Source of the DNA: Clostridia bacterium
GTDB lineage: Bacteria; Bacillota; Clostridia; Monoglobales; Firm-18
Direction: 5' to 3'
DNA length: 64,000 nucleotides
Assembly (NCBI GenBank): GCA_045654805.1
Contig: JAZOOD010000060.1
Span: 10,491-74,490, forward strand
Below are positions 50,866 to 60,596 of the stretch, one piece after another. The notes under the pieces were generated by a model that was not told where the DNA came from, searched no databases, and worked only from the letters and a program-made list of their open reading frames with translations. Positions within the stretch are counted from its first letter, which is position 1. Every line of letters begins with the position of its first letter. Both the position numbers and the translations under genes were made by a program.

Positions 50866-52146
50866 CTAATTAATAGTGCCACTAGCATTTGCAACCAAAG
50901 GAATAGCTGATGTCAAACCATCAAATAAGAAAGCTTTATAATTCTTTCCATTAGCTGCAGATAACTCGCATGTCAATGTTCTGCAATCTCCAACAGTAGA
51001 AGGTGTTGATGATGTTTTAATCACAAAAGTACCGTCATTCTTCCACAAAGCTATTATTAAGCAAGGGTTTGCAACATTATTATTACCATATATATTAGCA
51101 GTAGCTGTAACACTGCCACTAGCAGCTGTTGCATTTAATTCAATACGTTCAGGGTCACCAGTCCATACAGTCGGAAAATTAGTATTATCCAAAAGTCTTA
51201 GTGAAATTTCATCAAAATATGTGTCATCATCGGTAGAAGATGCAGTTCCGATAAATAATTCCAATCTAGCATCATTGGTTGAAAAAGCTAGTGCATTCGT
51301 TGTTGTAGAAGTCCAAGTTCCTCCGCTCTGTTTATCAGAAACATCAGCATAGTAATATGAAACCTGTGTATTATCAAGGTAAGTAGCAACTTGTAGTTTA
51401 TCGGTATCTACATCATAGTGCCATCTTATTTCCCAAGTATACCATTTATCAGCATCCATCTCTACTGCCTTGGTCCAACCATTATCAAACATACCAGATA
51501 CAGTAGGATCACCTGTTACATAGCCTTTTCCGGAAGTTTCATTATAAGTATAGTTAATAGCCATACCATTAGCAGCTGAATGAAGCTGTCCTGCATCCAT
51601 CTTCTGAGATATTGTTCTAGGTGCAGCTTTAGTTTCCGCCGGAATATAAACCTCAGATTTAAAAGAAAGAACATTATCTGCTATAGAATTTGTTCCACCA
51701 GCAACAAGAGAAAAAGTTCCGGGTTTAACTGAATTTCTAAAAAGATAATACGAAATCGCGTAATACATATTGTTTGTATCACTAGCAGGTTTAACAGCTC
51801 CGGAAGCATACTCCATAGTAGCTAAAGTACCTGATCCCAAACCAGTAGTTCCAAAAGTGAAAATTTTACTATTAGCATTATGGTTACTATCCAAAATACC
51901 TTGTGGGTACTTGGTTGTATCTGTTTCCTCAACACCATTCACAGTATATTTTTTTGTAGTAGTATAGGAAAATAGATCACCAGCAGTTAATGCAGTAGAC
52001 TTATCAAAAGAATATAGCTGACCATCAAAAAGCCTAAAAGTCTTAACCGGCTCAGATGCAGCAGAAACATTGATACCTGCAAAACAACTGCATGACAAAA
52101 GTGTTGCCATTGCAACTGTGATTGCAATTAATCTTTTCAATTTCAT
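50866..52146 (-). CDS. Secreted protein, probable LamG/concanavalin-like jelly-roll, function unknown
   Basis: 426 aa with signal peptide MKLKRLIAITVAMATLLSCSCFAGINVSAAS (a possible lipobox LLSC). The central ...WYTWEIRWHYD...LELFIG...YFDEISL pattern suggests a lectin-like fold. RBS AGGGGG. No anchor module. Confidence 0.7.
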   Translation of the reverse strand: MKLKRLIAITVAMATLLSCSCFAGINVSAASEPVKTFRLFDGQLYSFDKSTALTAGDLFSYTTTKKYTVNGVEETDTTKYPQGILDSNHNANSKIFTFGTTGLGSGTLATMEYASGAVKPASDTNNMYYAISYYLFRNSVKPGTFSLVAGGTNSIADNVLSFKSEVYIPAETKAAPRTISQKMDAGQLHSAANGMAINYTYNETSGKGYVTGDPTVSGMFDNGWTKAVEMDADKWYTWEIRWHYDVDTDKLQVATYLDNTQVSYYYADVSDKQSGGTWTSTTTNALAFSTNDARLELFIGTASSTDDDTYFDEISLRLLDNTNFPTVWTGDPERIELNATAASGSVTATANIYGNNNVANPCLIIALWKNDGTFVIKTSSTPSTVGDCRTLTCELSAANGKNYKAFLFDGLTSAIPLVANASGTIN

Positions 52147-52419
52147 TATAAAATGACCCCCTTAAAATAATCGTTTTGTATAATTATAGCATTGAGCATT
52201 GTTATTTTCAATAGACAACTTGCACAAAAAACAAATACATTTTTTGCTATTTTAACAATTTTGTTACAATGTAATATGGTAATTTATACAAAAATCTGCT
52301 AATTATACATTAAAATGCAATTAAAATTCCTTGATTTTAGCTTTAATTGGTTGCGATATGATTAATAACCTCACGATATATAACAAAATCACAAATTTCG
52401 ACATAAATTTATATCGCTG

Positions 52420-52451
52420 AAAAAAGCGTACTGAAATCCTGTACGCTTTTT
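52420..52451 (-). terminator. Rho-independent terminator downstream of the 1531-aa SLH protein gene
   Basis: AGCGTAC pairs with GTACGCT, with flanking A/T runs. It lies about 80 nt after the stop at 52528. Confidence 0.7.
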
Positions 52452-52527
52452 CATATAAGTACGATACAATTTTACTCCCCGTTGATTTTGCCTTAATTTT
52501 AAGCGGGTTTCAACACTTTTGTCCTAA

Positions 52528-55500
52528 TTACTTCCAATCTTCCCACTTGTATTCATAACCTTCGTTGTCAAGCCAATAGTTGTGGGTAATTGTTGCTTCC
52601 AATACCGTTACATAGTACCATTTATCTTCATAAAGGTCGTTGTACGGATTGAACTTAAGTGATTTAACATAACTTTCCAGAGGCTTTCTGCCAAGGAGTT
52701 TATTTATAACTGTCATTACCTCTGCACGAGTGATGTTATTTTCAGGCTTATATGTCTTATCAGGATAACCTTCGATAAGTCCGATGTTTGTAAGTGCAAG
52801 AATTTCATCATAAGCCCAGTGACTTTCATCAAAGTCTGTAAATGGATTCTTGATATTATTTTTTTCAATTCCGGTGAATCTGAATATAAGCGCTGCAAAT
52901 TCTGCTCTGCTCAGGTTTCTTGTTGGTTTGAATTCGCCATCAGGATAACCGTTAACAATTTCTTTCTCAGCCATATACTCAATGTCACGAGTTGACCAGC
53001 GGTCAACATGAACATCGGGGAATACATCACCTGTTGGCACAAACGGTTTTTCGTATTGGTGGTTTGTAATACGGTACAGAATAGATGTGATTTCCTCACG
53101 AGTTATATCGCCTTCAGGCTGAACACTGCCATCAGGATAACCGTTAATATATCCTATATGTGTTGGATGTTCATTACCGAAAATATCCTTAGTATATTTT
53201 CTTGTCTTATCAATGGTTGTGGAACCGCCACCTCCTCCACCGCCACCGCCGGTGTGAACGGTCGTAGGAATTGTGTATTTGTAGATCCCAACTTGGCCAT
53301 AGACACCATGCCAGCATCCGGGCTTGTTAGGCACTTTACATTCAACACATTTTCCGCAAGAGCTATAATATACAGCTTTAACCGTTGTTGCTGTATCTAA
53401 AGATAGTTCTTCGCCATTATACGCAATACGTTTTGTGTTATCATTATCAGCCGGATTGCTTCCATCAAGGGTATAATACAGAATGATGTTTTCATCCGCA
53501 GGATAATCGTTTAAAAGTGTATATTTTGTTCCTTTCGGGAACTCAACATTTCCGCTTGCTTCAAGTGAAGTAGCAGGAACATCTAAGTGTACAAAGTCTA
53601 TTTTAAACAGACCGTCGCTACCCTCTACTTTACCATTTTCATCTTCGAGCCAAGCTATAATTGTAATATCGTCCATAAGTGCTGTAGGAATAATAGGACG
53701 TGTTACATCATAAACCGCTGTATTAGTGGTTATTGGCCGACCATCCGATTTCTTTGTATACGTGTAATAATAGTGGATGTCTGCTGTCTTGTTCTGTGAA
53801 AGCAACTTGATACCTTCAGCATAATCACCTGTACCGAGCAGGTGCGCACTGATTCTTTCAACATCATACGGATATGCAATATACACGCTGCCGTTTGCTG
53901 CACTACCTGACTCTATGATGTAGTAATGAATTGTATTTGCACTGACTCTGCCGGTATCTTCATTTAAGACATACGCCTTAAAGGACATAGTATGGGTAAT
54001 TGAACGTTCCTGTCCCGTATATCTGAAGTCTTTGGCATCACCATTCTGTCTGTACCAGATACTATATTCCTTATCTGCAGGTGCATCTTCGTTAAGGCTG
54101 ATTGTTGTTGTCTTGTTATCGCTTTCAAGATATGTACCTGAAGGCAAACTGATAACAGGTGCAAGAGGTACAAAGTTGTACACATAACTTACAACAGAAC
54201 TGTAATTACCATCCTTTTCATAACGAAGCTGCAATATTGTATCCTGTTTGAACAACAGCCCGTTTTGGTCAGTATAGTCTTTCCAATAACCTTCATTGTC
54301 AATTCGATACTGAATTTTACCACCACTGTTCAAGGAATAAAGCATTACCTTGAGAATGTTGTTATTATCATCAATCTTTATTTCTTCGTATGTCCCGGTC
54401 TCTTTATCTGCATAAGGAGGTGCAAGGACTGCGCTGTTAGATGTAGCGTATGTATATCTGTTCTTATCACTTTCTACACCGTCAAGTTCAGCAGAAATAT
54501 CTAATGTCACACTTCCGGAATTTACGCTTGTATTTAATAGTCCAAGTTGCTGGGTACATTCCTCATCACGGTATGCCATACCGGTACGGGTATCAATATA
54601 AAATCTCTCATCTTCTGAATTAATAAATTCATTTGCAAATCCGCCGATTTCATATTTTACAGTACTTCCTTTAACTGCATCAACAGGAACAACAGGCAAT
54701 TTACTTCCGCTTATTGTTGCTGAAGGGGCAGCCTTCGGGGCTTCGGGCGTGATAACATAAGAGAATATACCTACGTCACTTTTTACACCAAAACTATTTA
54801 CTGCAACAGCTTTTATAACAGTATTGCCCTTGATGTCAATAAACGAACTACCGTCATACAGATATGTTCCGTGTGTATTTGGAATAGGGTCAGGGCAAAG
54901 TCCACCATCATAGCTAATTGTGTAGTAAATATGCGTTCCCTGGGGAACGGGCATAAACTGAGTAGAATACTTTTCGCCACCAATTTCAAGCGTGTAGTGT
55001 CCCGGCACAAGTGTAGTAAGCGGTTTAACAGGTTTTACAGTTACAATGTCGTATGAGTGCTTAACAACACTTGAATAACTCTCATTGTCCTTTAATACTA
55101 CTGCAGTTACAACAGTATATTTAGTAATGTCTATGACTGCTGTATCTGATGTTTCATTTGCAAGGATACGGGTATTGCTCGTTATAGGATCAGTACCATC
55201 AAGAGTGTAGTAAAGTTTAAATCTATTTGACGTACTTTCTGTACTCTCAGGAGTATAAACAGTAATTTTGTTCGCGTTTGTAAACTGTGTGCTCTCCGGA
55301 GCAAATTCAGGCGGAAGAGGTTTGATTTTATATGTGAATGTGTAGGGGTCACCATATGTAACACTTCCGTCAGGATTTAATTTAACTGCTCTTGCAATTA
55401 TATCTGTATCTGCATCCAACTCAAGAACATCAGTGTAATTTTTCCACTGACCGTCACCGGTGTGATACTGCACGGTGTAATCAGGGTTGTTAGGTGTAAG

Positions 55501-57123
55501 TGTAACATTAACGCTTCCTTCATATACACCAGATGGATAGAATGCATCTACACCGAAATCGTCATAAAAGCTAAACAAGTAATAGTAAGAAACTTTATCA
55601 CTCCACTCGCCGTCAAAGTAGCTTATTGCACGAAGAGTAGTATCCTTGGCAAGAGTGATAGGTATTCCGGTGTATTCTATTCCATTTGTTTTCGGATCAC
55701 TTCCGTCTATGGTATAGAAAATCGTTGCGTTTTCAGTCTGAGTCGAGAGTCTTACGTCAATTTTTTCAGTATATTCGTTAGAAGCCTTGTCTGCTACCGG
55801 TGCAAGAGGTTTAATAGAAAAATAGTACACAGCAGGTTCACTGTATTCTTCAAGTTTTTTTGTAATCAGTCTGACAGTTCTGTTTTTATCAATCTTGATA
55901 ACAGGATTTTGTTTTGAAACAATAACCCAGCTTGTTTCCGGATCGTTACCGATTACTGGATTTTCTGCATCAAGATTTCCAAAGCTATAATATACCTCAC
56001 TGTCGTCTGCGATATTAGCGAAAACATTTTTATCCGAAACATACACATCACAGCTTGTAGAAAGACTGTTTATATCCGGCAATAATTTTTTCTCTGTAGA
56101 AGCATCAAACAAATATGGCCTATCTGGTAATATCTTATATTCGTATGTCACAGTGCTTGAGTACTTATTGTCAGATGCGCGATATGCACAAGTTTTAATT
56201 GTTGTATCAATAGTAATCTCAATAGGTCCTGTGTACGGAATTTTTGTGGAGCTTCCTGAAGGTTCACTTCCATCTGTTGTGTAATAGATAGGAAGATTGT
56301 TTTCCTGAGTGAGCTCTACAGTTACTTTTTCAATATAACTACCCGAAGTAGGTGTTGCCATAGGTGGAGTAGGTTTTGATTTATCTTTAATCAGAATGTG
56401 GTGATACCCACCATTTATTGCATTAAAACCAAATGTTTGATCTGAAAGTTCGTCAGACTGGTTCTTGGCAAAAAGTTCAAGGGTATATTCTTCGTCACCG
56501 CTGTCGATATCAATAAACACATCCGTACTACCTGTTTTCTTCGGAGTTAAAGAGAGTTTTGCAAGGTTATACCAAAGCTGACCATCCTCTTTTTGAGGAA
56601 CATAGCCACCGCTGTAAAAAACGGTTATATAAGCGGTTTTATATGTTTTTGTTCCTAATTTATAAGTGCCGCTGCCATGCTTGTGAATGTAATATCCAAT
56701 ATCTACCGGCAAATCCTCAATAGTATTATCACCAACATTTTCATCAGTATTTCCTGAATCACCAAAAATAGAATTCCGAACATAATAATCAATTGGAGTG
56801 TTGCTATCACCGCCTGCAAAATCAAAATAATCCGCATCAAAATAAATACGGAGCGTATAGCCGTTCATATCGTACTGTGGTTCTTTATGCGTGTTATTTT
56901 CATATGCTCCTTTGTTTGGATTGTCAACCGCAAAGTATATATCTGCATTTTCACCCATATATACAGTACTGTTATTCGTTGTTACCTGCGGATTTTCTCC
57001 CTGGGCATGCAGGTAAACAGAGCGCAGAGTCTTATCATCATCGGTTGCCGATATATTCATCGGAAATATCCCGATAAGCATAACAATACTTAATAATAGT
57101 GAAATGATTTTACTGCGTGTCAT
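52528..57123 (-). CDS. Giant S-layer-homology-anchored surface protein: cohesin-like N-domain, about 11 CHB_HEX_C-like repeats, poly-Gly linker, 3 SLH repeats
   Basis: 1531 aa with signal peptide MTRSKIISLLLSIVMLIGIFPMNISA. The motif (I/L)YYT.DGS.P...Y..PI......T.(K/R)A recurs about 11 times. G9 run at 53224-53250. The C-terminus has three FxD...W....I......G...GYPDG.F.P...ITRAE SLH units (about 52531-53220). Confidence 0.88.
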   Translation of the reverse strand: MTRSKIISLLLSIVMLIGIFPMNISATDDDKTLRSVYLHAQGENPQVTTNNSTVYMGENADIYFAVDNPNKGAYENNTHKEPQYDMNGYTLRIYFDADYFDFAGGDSNTPIDYYVRNSIFGDSGNTDENVGDNTIEDLPVDIGYYIHKHGSGTYKLGTKTYKTAYITVFYSGGYVPQKEDGQLWYNLAKLSLTPKKTGSTDVFIDIDSGDEEYTLELFAKNQSDELSDQTFGFNAINGGYHHILIKDKSKPTPPMATPTSGSYIEKVTVELTQENNLPIYYTTDGSEPSGSSTKIPYTGPIEITIDTTIKTCAYRASDNKYSSTVTYEYKILPDRPYLFDASTEKKLLPDINSLSTSCDVYVSDKNVFANIADDSEVYYSFGNLDAENPVIGNDPETSWVIVSKQNPVIKIDKNRTVRLITKKLEEYSEPAVYYFSIKPLAPVADKASNEYTEKIDVRLSTQTENATIFYTIDGSDPKTNGIEYTGIPITLAKDTTLRAISYFDGEWSDKVSYYYLFSFYDDFGVDAFYPSGVYEGSVNVTLTPNNPDYTVQYHTGDGQWKNYTDVLELDADTDIIARAVKLNPDGSVTYGDPYTFTYKIKPLPPEFAPESTQFTNANKITVYTPESTESTSNRFKLYYTLDGTDPITSNTRILANETSDTAVIDITKYTVVTAVVLKDNESYSSVVKHSYDIVTVKPVKPLTTLVPGHYTLEIGGEKYSTQFMPVPQGTHIYYTISYDGGLCPDPIPNTHGTYLYDGSSFIDIKGNTVIKAVAVNSFGVKSDVGIFSYVITPEAPKAAPSATISGSKLPVVPVDAVKGSTVKYEIGGFANEFINSEDERFYIDTRTGMAYRDEECTQQLGLLNTSVNSGSVTLDISAELDGVESDKNRYTYATSNSAVLAPPYADKETGTYEEIKIDDNNNILKVMLYSLNSGGKIQYRIDNEGYWKDYTDQNGLLFKQDTILQLRYEKDGNYSSVVSYVYNFVPLAPVISLPSGTYLESDNKTTTISLNEDAPADKEYSIWYRQNGDAKDFRYTGQERSITHTMSFKAYVLNEDTGRVSANTIHYYIIESGSAANGSVYIAYPYDVERISAHLLGTGDYAEGIKLLSQNKTADIHYYYTYTKKSDGRPITTNTAVYDVTRPIIPTALMDDITIIAWLEDENGKVEGSDGLFKIDFVHLDVPATSLEASGNVEFPKGTKYTLLNDYPADENIILYYTLDGSNPADNDNTKRIAYNGEELSLDTATTVKAVYYSSCGKCVECKVPNKPGCWHGVYGQVGIYKYTIPTTVHTGGGGGGGGGSTTIDKTRKYTKDIFGNEHPTHIGYINGYPDGSVQPEGDITREEITSILYRITNHQYEKPFVPTGDVFPDVHVDRWSTRDIEYMAEKEIVNGYPDGEFKPTRNLSRAEFAALIFRFTGIEKNNIKNPFTDFDESHWAYDEILALTNIGLIEGYPDKTYKPENNITRAEVMTVINKLLGRKPLESYVKSLKFNPYNDLYEDKWYYVTVLEATITHNYWLDNEGYEYKWEDWK
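53224..53250 (-). repeat. Nine consecutive Gly codons (linker before the SLH triad)
   Basis: The minus strand reads ggc ggt ggc ggt gga gga ggt ggc ggt. The codons are mixed, so it is not a pure homopolymer. Confidence 0.9.
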
Positions 57124-57149
57124 AAGTTATTTGCTCCTTCATTGTGTTC

Positions 57150-57276
57150 TCAAAAGAGGTTTATCACCTCTTTCAAAGCATACAACTCATTCAAAAACAA
57201 AAGTGGGGGGACAAATGATGCCGAACAAGTTGTATGTTTTGAAAGAGGGGGAAGCGATGCTTCCCGCCCCAAAAAA
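57150..57276 (-). promoter_or_regulatory. Intergenic RNA-structure region: terminator hairpin, 21-nt inverted repeat and a second terminator-like hairpin with mutually exclusive pairings
   Basis: T1 is GGGAAGC/GCTTCCC (57249-57265). The inverted-repeat arms are 57228-57248 and 57167-57187 (20/21 complementary, 40-nt spacer). T2 is AAGAGGT/ACCTCTT (57154-57172) followed by UUUUG, 25 nt before the RBS of the 1531-aa gene. The T2 5' arm lies inside the repeat arm. Confidence 0.55.
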
Positions 57277-57284
57277 GTATTTAA

Positions 57285-60200
57285 TTAGTTACCCCAAGAA
57301 ACAAGTACATAAGCTACGTCCTTAGAGTCAATTACACCATTACGATCAAGGTCGTATTTAGCATAATCGCTGTAAGCTGTTGTATCGTTTGTAGTACCGA
57401 AGTAAGAAACTACAGCAGAAAGGTCGTAAATGTTAATCTTGTTATCCTTAACAATATCACCTGCAAGGTATGTAACATTTACTGCACCTGTTTCCTTACC
57501 AACTTCAATAGTCTGCGCTTCATCTCTAACGTTGTTCCAGAATCTAAGAGTCTTATCTTCTGTCATTGTTACTGTGTAACGAGCTGTTCTGTATCCTGCG
57601 CCTGATACTGTTACTGTGTAAGCAGCATTGTAAGGAAGCTCTTTTGTAAAGTTATATGCTGTACCGTCAGTACCAAGAGCGATAGTTTCATTAACTGTTC
57701 CTCCAACGATTGTTACTGTCATATCCTGATATGCTTTAACGTTGTTTTCAACTGCATTCGGGAATGTGATGTCAATAGTAAGTTTTCTTGTTGGAACTGC
57801 GATTGTGATATCTTTAATTGTATCGTCAGAAACGTCAAATTCTCCAACTACAGTACCATCTTCAAGTACACCACCGGGAACGAATGTATCAACGACGCTA
57901 TCGAAGAGTTTTGTTGCGTGAGCAGCGTTTGTTATAATGTCGTTACCTTTATCGTCTTCAGTTGCTACTGCAAAGCTGAACTTACCATAACCTGTGAACT
58001 TAACCTGACCAATTGTGATGGTTTCGGCTGTATCTGTATCAACATCTGTTTTGCCATTATAATGGAATTCATAACGAACCTTGCTGTTATCAACAGGGTT
58101 GATTGCAACCTCATCATTAGATGCGATGATTGTAAAGTCGTTTTCGCCTTCAATCTGCTCAAGAGCAAATGTAAGGTCAACAGAGTTTAATCTGTTAATA
58201 ATCTTACCGGGAGCTGTAATGTTGATGTTGTAAACCATTTCGCCTTCTTTTTCAAGAGCCTTTTCGAATGTAACTGCGATTTCTTCAACAAATTTTTCTT
58301 TTTCAGCAACTCTGTAAGAACCACATGAATATGCAACTTGATATCCGTCGATTGTGGTTAATGTAATTTCTGCAGGAGCAGTTAACATTGAATCTGGAAC
58401 AATCTGGAATGTATCAACAGCTTCATCTACTACAAACGTATCAATACTGTTGTCGCCTTCGAATACATAGTTGGACTTGGTGGTATTGTTTCTTGTCCAG
58501 GTACCGAGAATGCTGATGTCACTGTCTTTAATTGTGATGGTTTTTTCGCCATAGTTGGAGTTCAGAACACCTGCTACAGCGCAATCAAGATCTACGTTTT
58601 CAATCACCACTTCCTGGCTGTAATCTACCTTTAAGCCGTAATTACAGTCGCTTACAGTAATATTCTTTACAGTAACGCGTACAGAACCTTTAGCAACCTG
58701 AACAAAACCATAACCGTAGTCTTTCGCAGTACAATCCTCAATTGTTACGTAGTATGCACCTTTGGATTCAACGGCATAACCGTTATAGCCTTTACCGTCA
58801 AAGTTTACGTTCTTGATTGTAACATCGGCTCTGTTCGTAAGCGTCATTTTACCGGTATAGGTTTTTTCTGCACCGTCAACAACAATGCTCTTATTGATTG
58901 TTACATCTTCTGTAACATCTGCAAGAATTATAATTGTGTCGCCTTCAGTAGCTGCTTTAACAGCATCACTGAATGTTGTATAAAGCTTACCATCCACAAG
59001 AGCAACAGATTTGTCTGTTTCTGGTGTTGTGCCTGCAGCCTGTGCAAAAACAACTTCATCATCAACAACTACAACTGTATCTCCTTTGCAATTCTCTTTT
59101 TTAACGTTCCAAAGAGTGTTTCCGCTTAAAGAGCCTGTAGCAAAGCCGTTAGCTGTTGTAGCATCGTCAATTGTGATATTTGTTTCCCCAGACATTAAGC
59201 TTGTGTCGATTTCTATAGCAGCCTTTCCGTCAACGGGAGTAGTTGCGTTAAAGGTTGTATTTACAAATTTAACACTATTCGCTGTAGATTCATGATAAAC
59301 CAAAACACTCTTACCTGCACTGTTGAAAGTACAATTATTAAATTCTACAACCTTTGCACTATAAGTCCATACATTGTATGCATCAGAAGATTCCTGAACA
59401 AATTCACAGTTGTTAAAGGTTTCTACATTTCCGTAAAGGAAAGGCTGACCAACAATTTTTACATTGTTATATGTCATAACATCAGAATGTTGAAAACCTT
59501 TATAATTGTCGTTTGTAAATTTAAGTGTAATACCATCAAATGTAAGGCTTGCGTTTGTTGCATAAGCACCGATAGGGCCAATTACAACATTTCTTGAACC
59601 CTTGATAGTTACATCCTTGCCGATAGAAGGCATAGTATATTCGCCATCTGCCAAAATTTCTATAGTATCACCGTCAACTGCTGCTGCAGCTGCTTTTGCA
59701 AATGTTGCATAGTATGTATCGCCGATTTTTGCAACAGCACCTTCAAGATATGGTGCACTTCCATTTACAGTAACCTTTCCCTGATGATCTGCTGAATCCT
59801 CATCAACCCAGACAATATTTTTACTGTCTGCTGCAACGCCAGAAATATCAACAGTATTTGTTGTAATTTCAGCACCCTTAACAGACTTCACCACAATGGC
59901 AGCTTTCTTAGCAGTCGTGAACTTAGCATTGGATACATTCAGAGTAACCTCTGCAACACTATCGTTGGAATACTGCTCATCAATCTTAATACCGCGTCCC
60001 GGAGTGTCTATAACAAGACCGTCAATGGTCACATTCTGACCTTCTGCCTGAATCCAGAGTGCATAGTAATCACCGGTACCATTGATTGTCACATTTTTCA
60101 TCTCGACATTCTTTCCGGTATTTGTCAAAGCTACTTCCTTGTCGAAGGTAACATTTTCGAACTGATAATTGCAGTTGGCAAAAATCAGGTCATTGATGTT

Positions 60201-60596
60201 CCAAGTAGCAGCTGAGTTGCCGGTGCTATTCATAGAACCATTTTTGATGATGATTATAGCATCGTCATTCTTTGCTCCAATAGAAGACATATAGGTAGTG
60301 GTAATGGTCATCTTATGATTATTTAAGTTAATGACGATAGACTCAGTATTCTCACCACCGAGTTTATACTCACCACTGCCGGGGGTCTGAGTTCCAAGAG
60401 AACTCATAAGAACATCAATATCATTTTCAAGGGTAATTGAGATATACTTTTCGTCGCTTGTCAAAGCATTCGCTAATGCTTCAGGCGTAGAAACATTGGT
60501 AGATTCAACATTTCCTTCAGCAAATACTGCTGTTCCCATTGTGCTCAATACCATTGCTACCGCAAGGATTGAAGCTAAAACTCTTTTAAGTTTCAC
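57285..60596 (-). CDS. Secreted multi-beta-helix protein with cohesin-like module, Ig-like/CarboxypepD_reg-like module and C-terminal dockerin
   Basis: 1103 aa with GTG start 7 nt after GGAAG and signal peptide MKLKRVLASILAVAMVLSTMGTAVFA. It has three parallel beta-helix-like units (about 58377-60509; repeated cap motif ..Y.TF..A..AA..GDTI.ILAD). The cohesin-like segment is about 57957-58295. The dockerin (57288-57467) reads GDIVKDNKINIYDLSAVVSYFG...YDLDRNGVIDSKDVAYVL. Confidence 0.88.
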   Translation of the reverse strand: MKLKRVLASILAVAMVLSTMGTAVFAEGNVESTNVSTPEALANALTSDEKYISITLENDIDVLMSSLGTQTPGSGEYKLGGENTESIVINLNNHKMTITTTYMSSIGAKNDDAIIIIKNGSMNSTGNSAATWNINDLIFANCNYQFENVTFDKEVALTNTGKNVEMKNVTINGTGDYYALWIQAEGQNVTIDGLVIDTPGRGIKIDEQYSNDSVAEVTLNVSNAKFTTAKKAAIVVKSVKGAEITTNTVDISGVAADSKNIVWVDEDSADHQGKVTVNGSAPYLEGAVAKIGDTYYATFAKAAAAAVDGDTIEILADGEYTMPSIGKDVTIKGSRNVVIGPIGAYATNASLTFDGITLKFTNDNYKGFQHSDVMTYNNVKIVGQPFLYGNVETFNNCEFVQESSDAYNVWTYSAKVVEFNNCTFNSAGKSVLVYHESTANSVKFVNTTFNATTPVDGKAAIEIDTSLMSGETNITIDDATTANGFATGSLSGNTLWNVKKENCKGDTVVVVDDEVVFAQAAGTTPETDKSVALVDGKLYTTFSDAVKAATEGDTIIILADVTEDVTINKSIVVDGAEKTYTGKMTLTNRADVTIKNVNFDGKGYNGYAVESKGAYYVTIEDCTAKDYGYGFVQVAKGSVRVTVKNITVSDCNYGLKVDYSQEVVIENVDLDCAVAGVLNSNYGEKTITIKDSDISILGTWTRNNTTKSNYVFEGDNSIDTFVVDEAVDTFQIVPDSMLTAPAEITLTTIDGYQVAYSCGSYRVAEKEKFVEEIAVTFEKALEKEGEMVYNINITAPGKIINRLNSVDLTFALEQIEGENDFTIIASNDEVAINPVDNSKVRYEFHYNGKTDVDTDTAETITIGQVKFTGYGKFSFAVATEDDKGNDIITNAAHATKLFDSVVDTFVPGGVLEDGTVVGEFDVSDDTIKDITIAVPTRKLTIDITFPNAVENNVKAYQDMTVTIVGGTVNETIALGTDGTAYNFTKELPYNAAYTVTVSGAGYRTARYTVTMTEDKTLRFWNNVRDEAQTIEVGKETGAVNVTYLAGDIVKDNKINIYDLSAVVSYFGTTNDTTAYSDYAKYDLDRNGVIDSKDVAYVLVSWGN

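Noticed and set aside
53008-53400. 130-aa plus-strand ORF, together with the 151-aa ORF at 55462-55917
   Set aside because: Both are antisense to the 1531-aa SLH protein gene, whose frame shows repeated, recognisable domains throughout.
57104-57325. 73-aa plus-strand ORF across the 57.1-57.3 kb intergenic region
   Set aside because: It overlaps the ends of both flanking minus-strand genes and the hairpin region, and it has no RBS.
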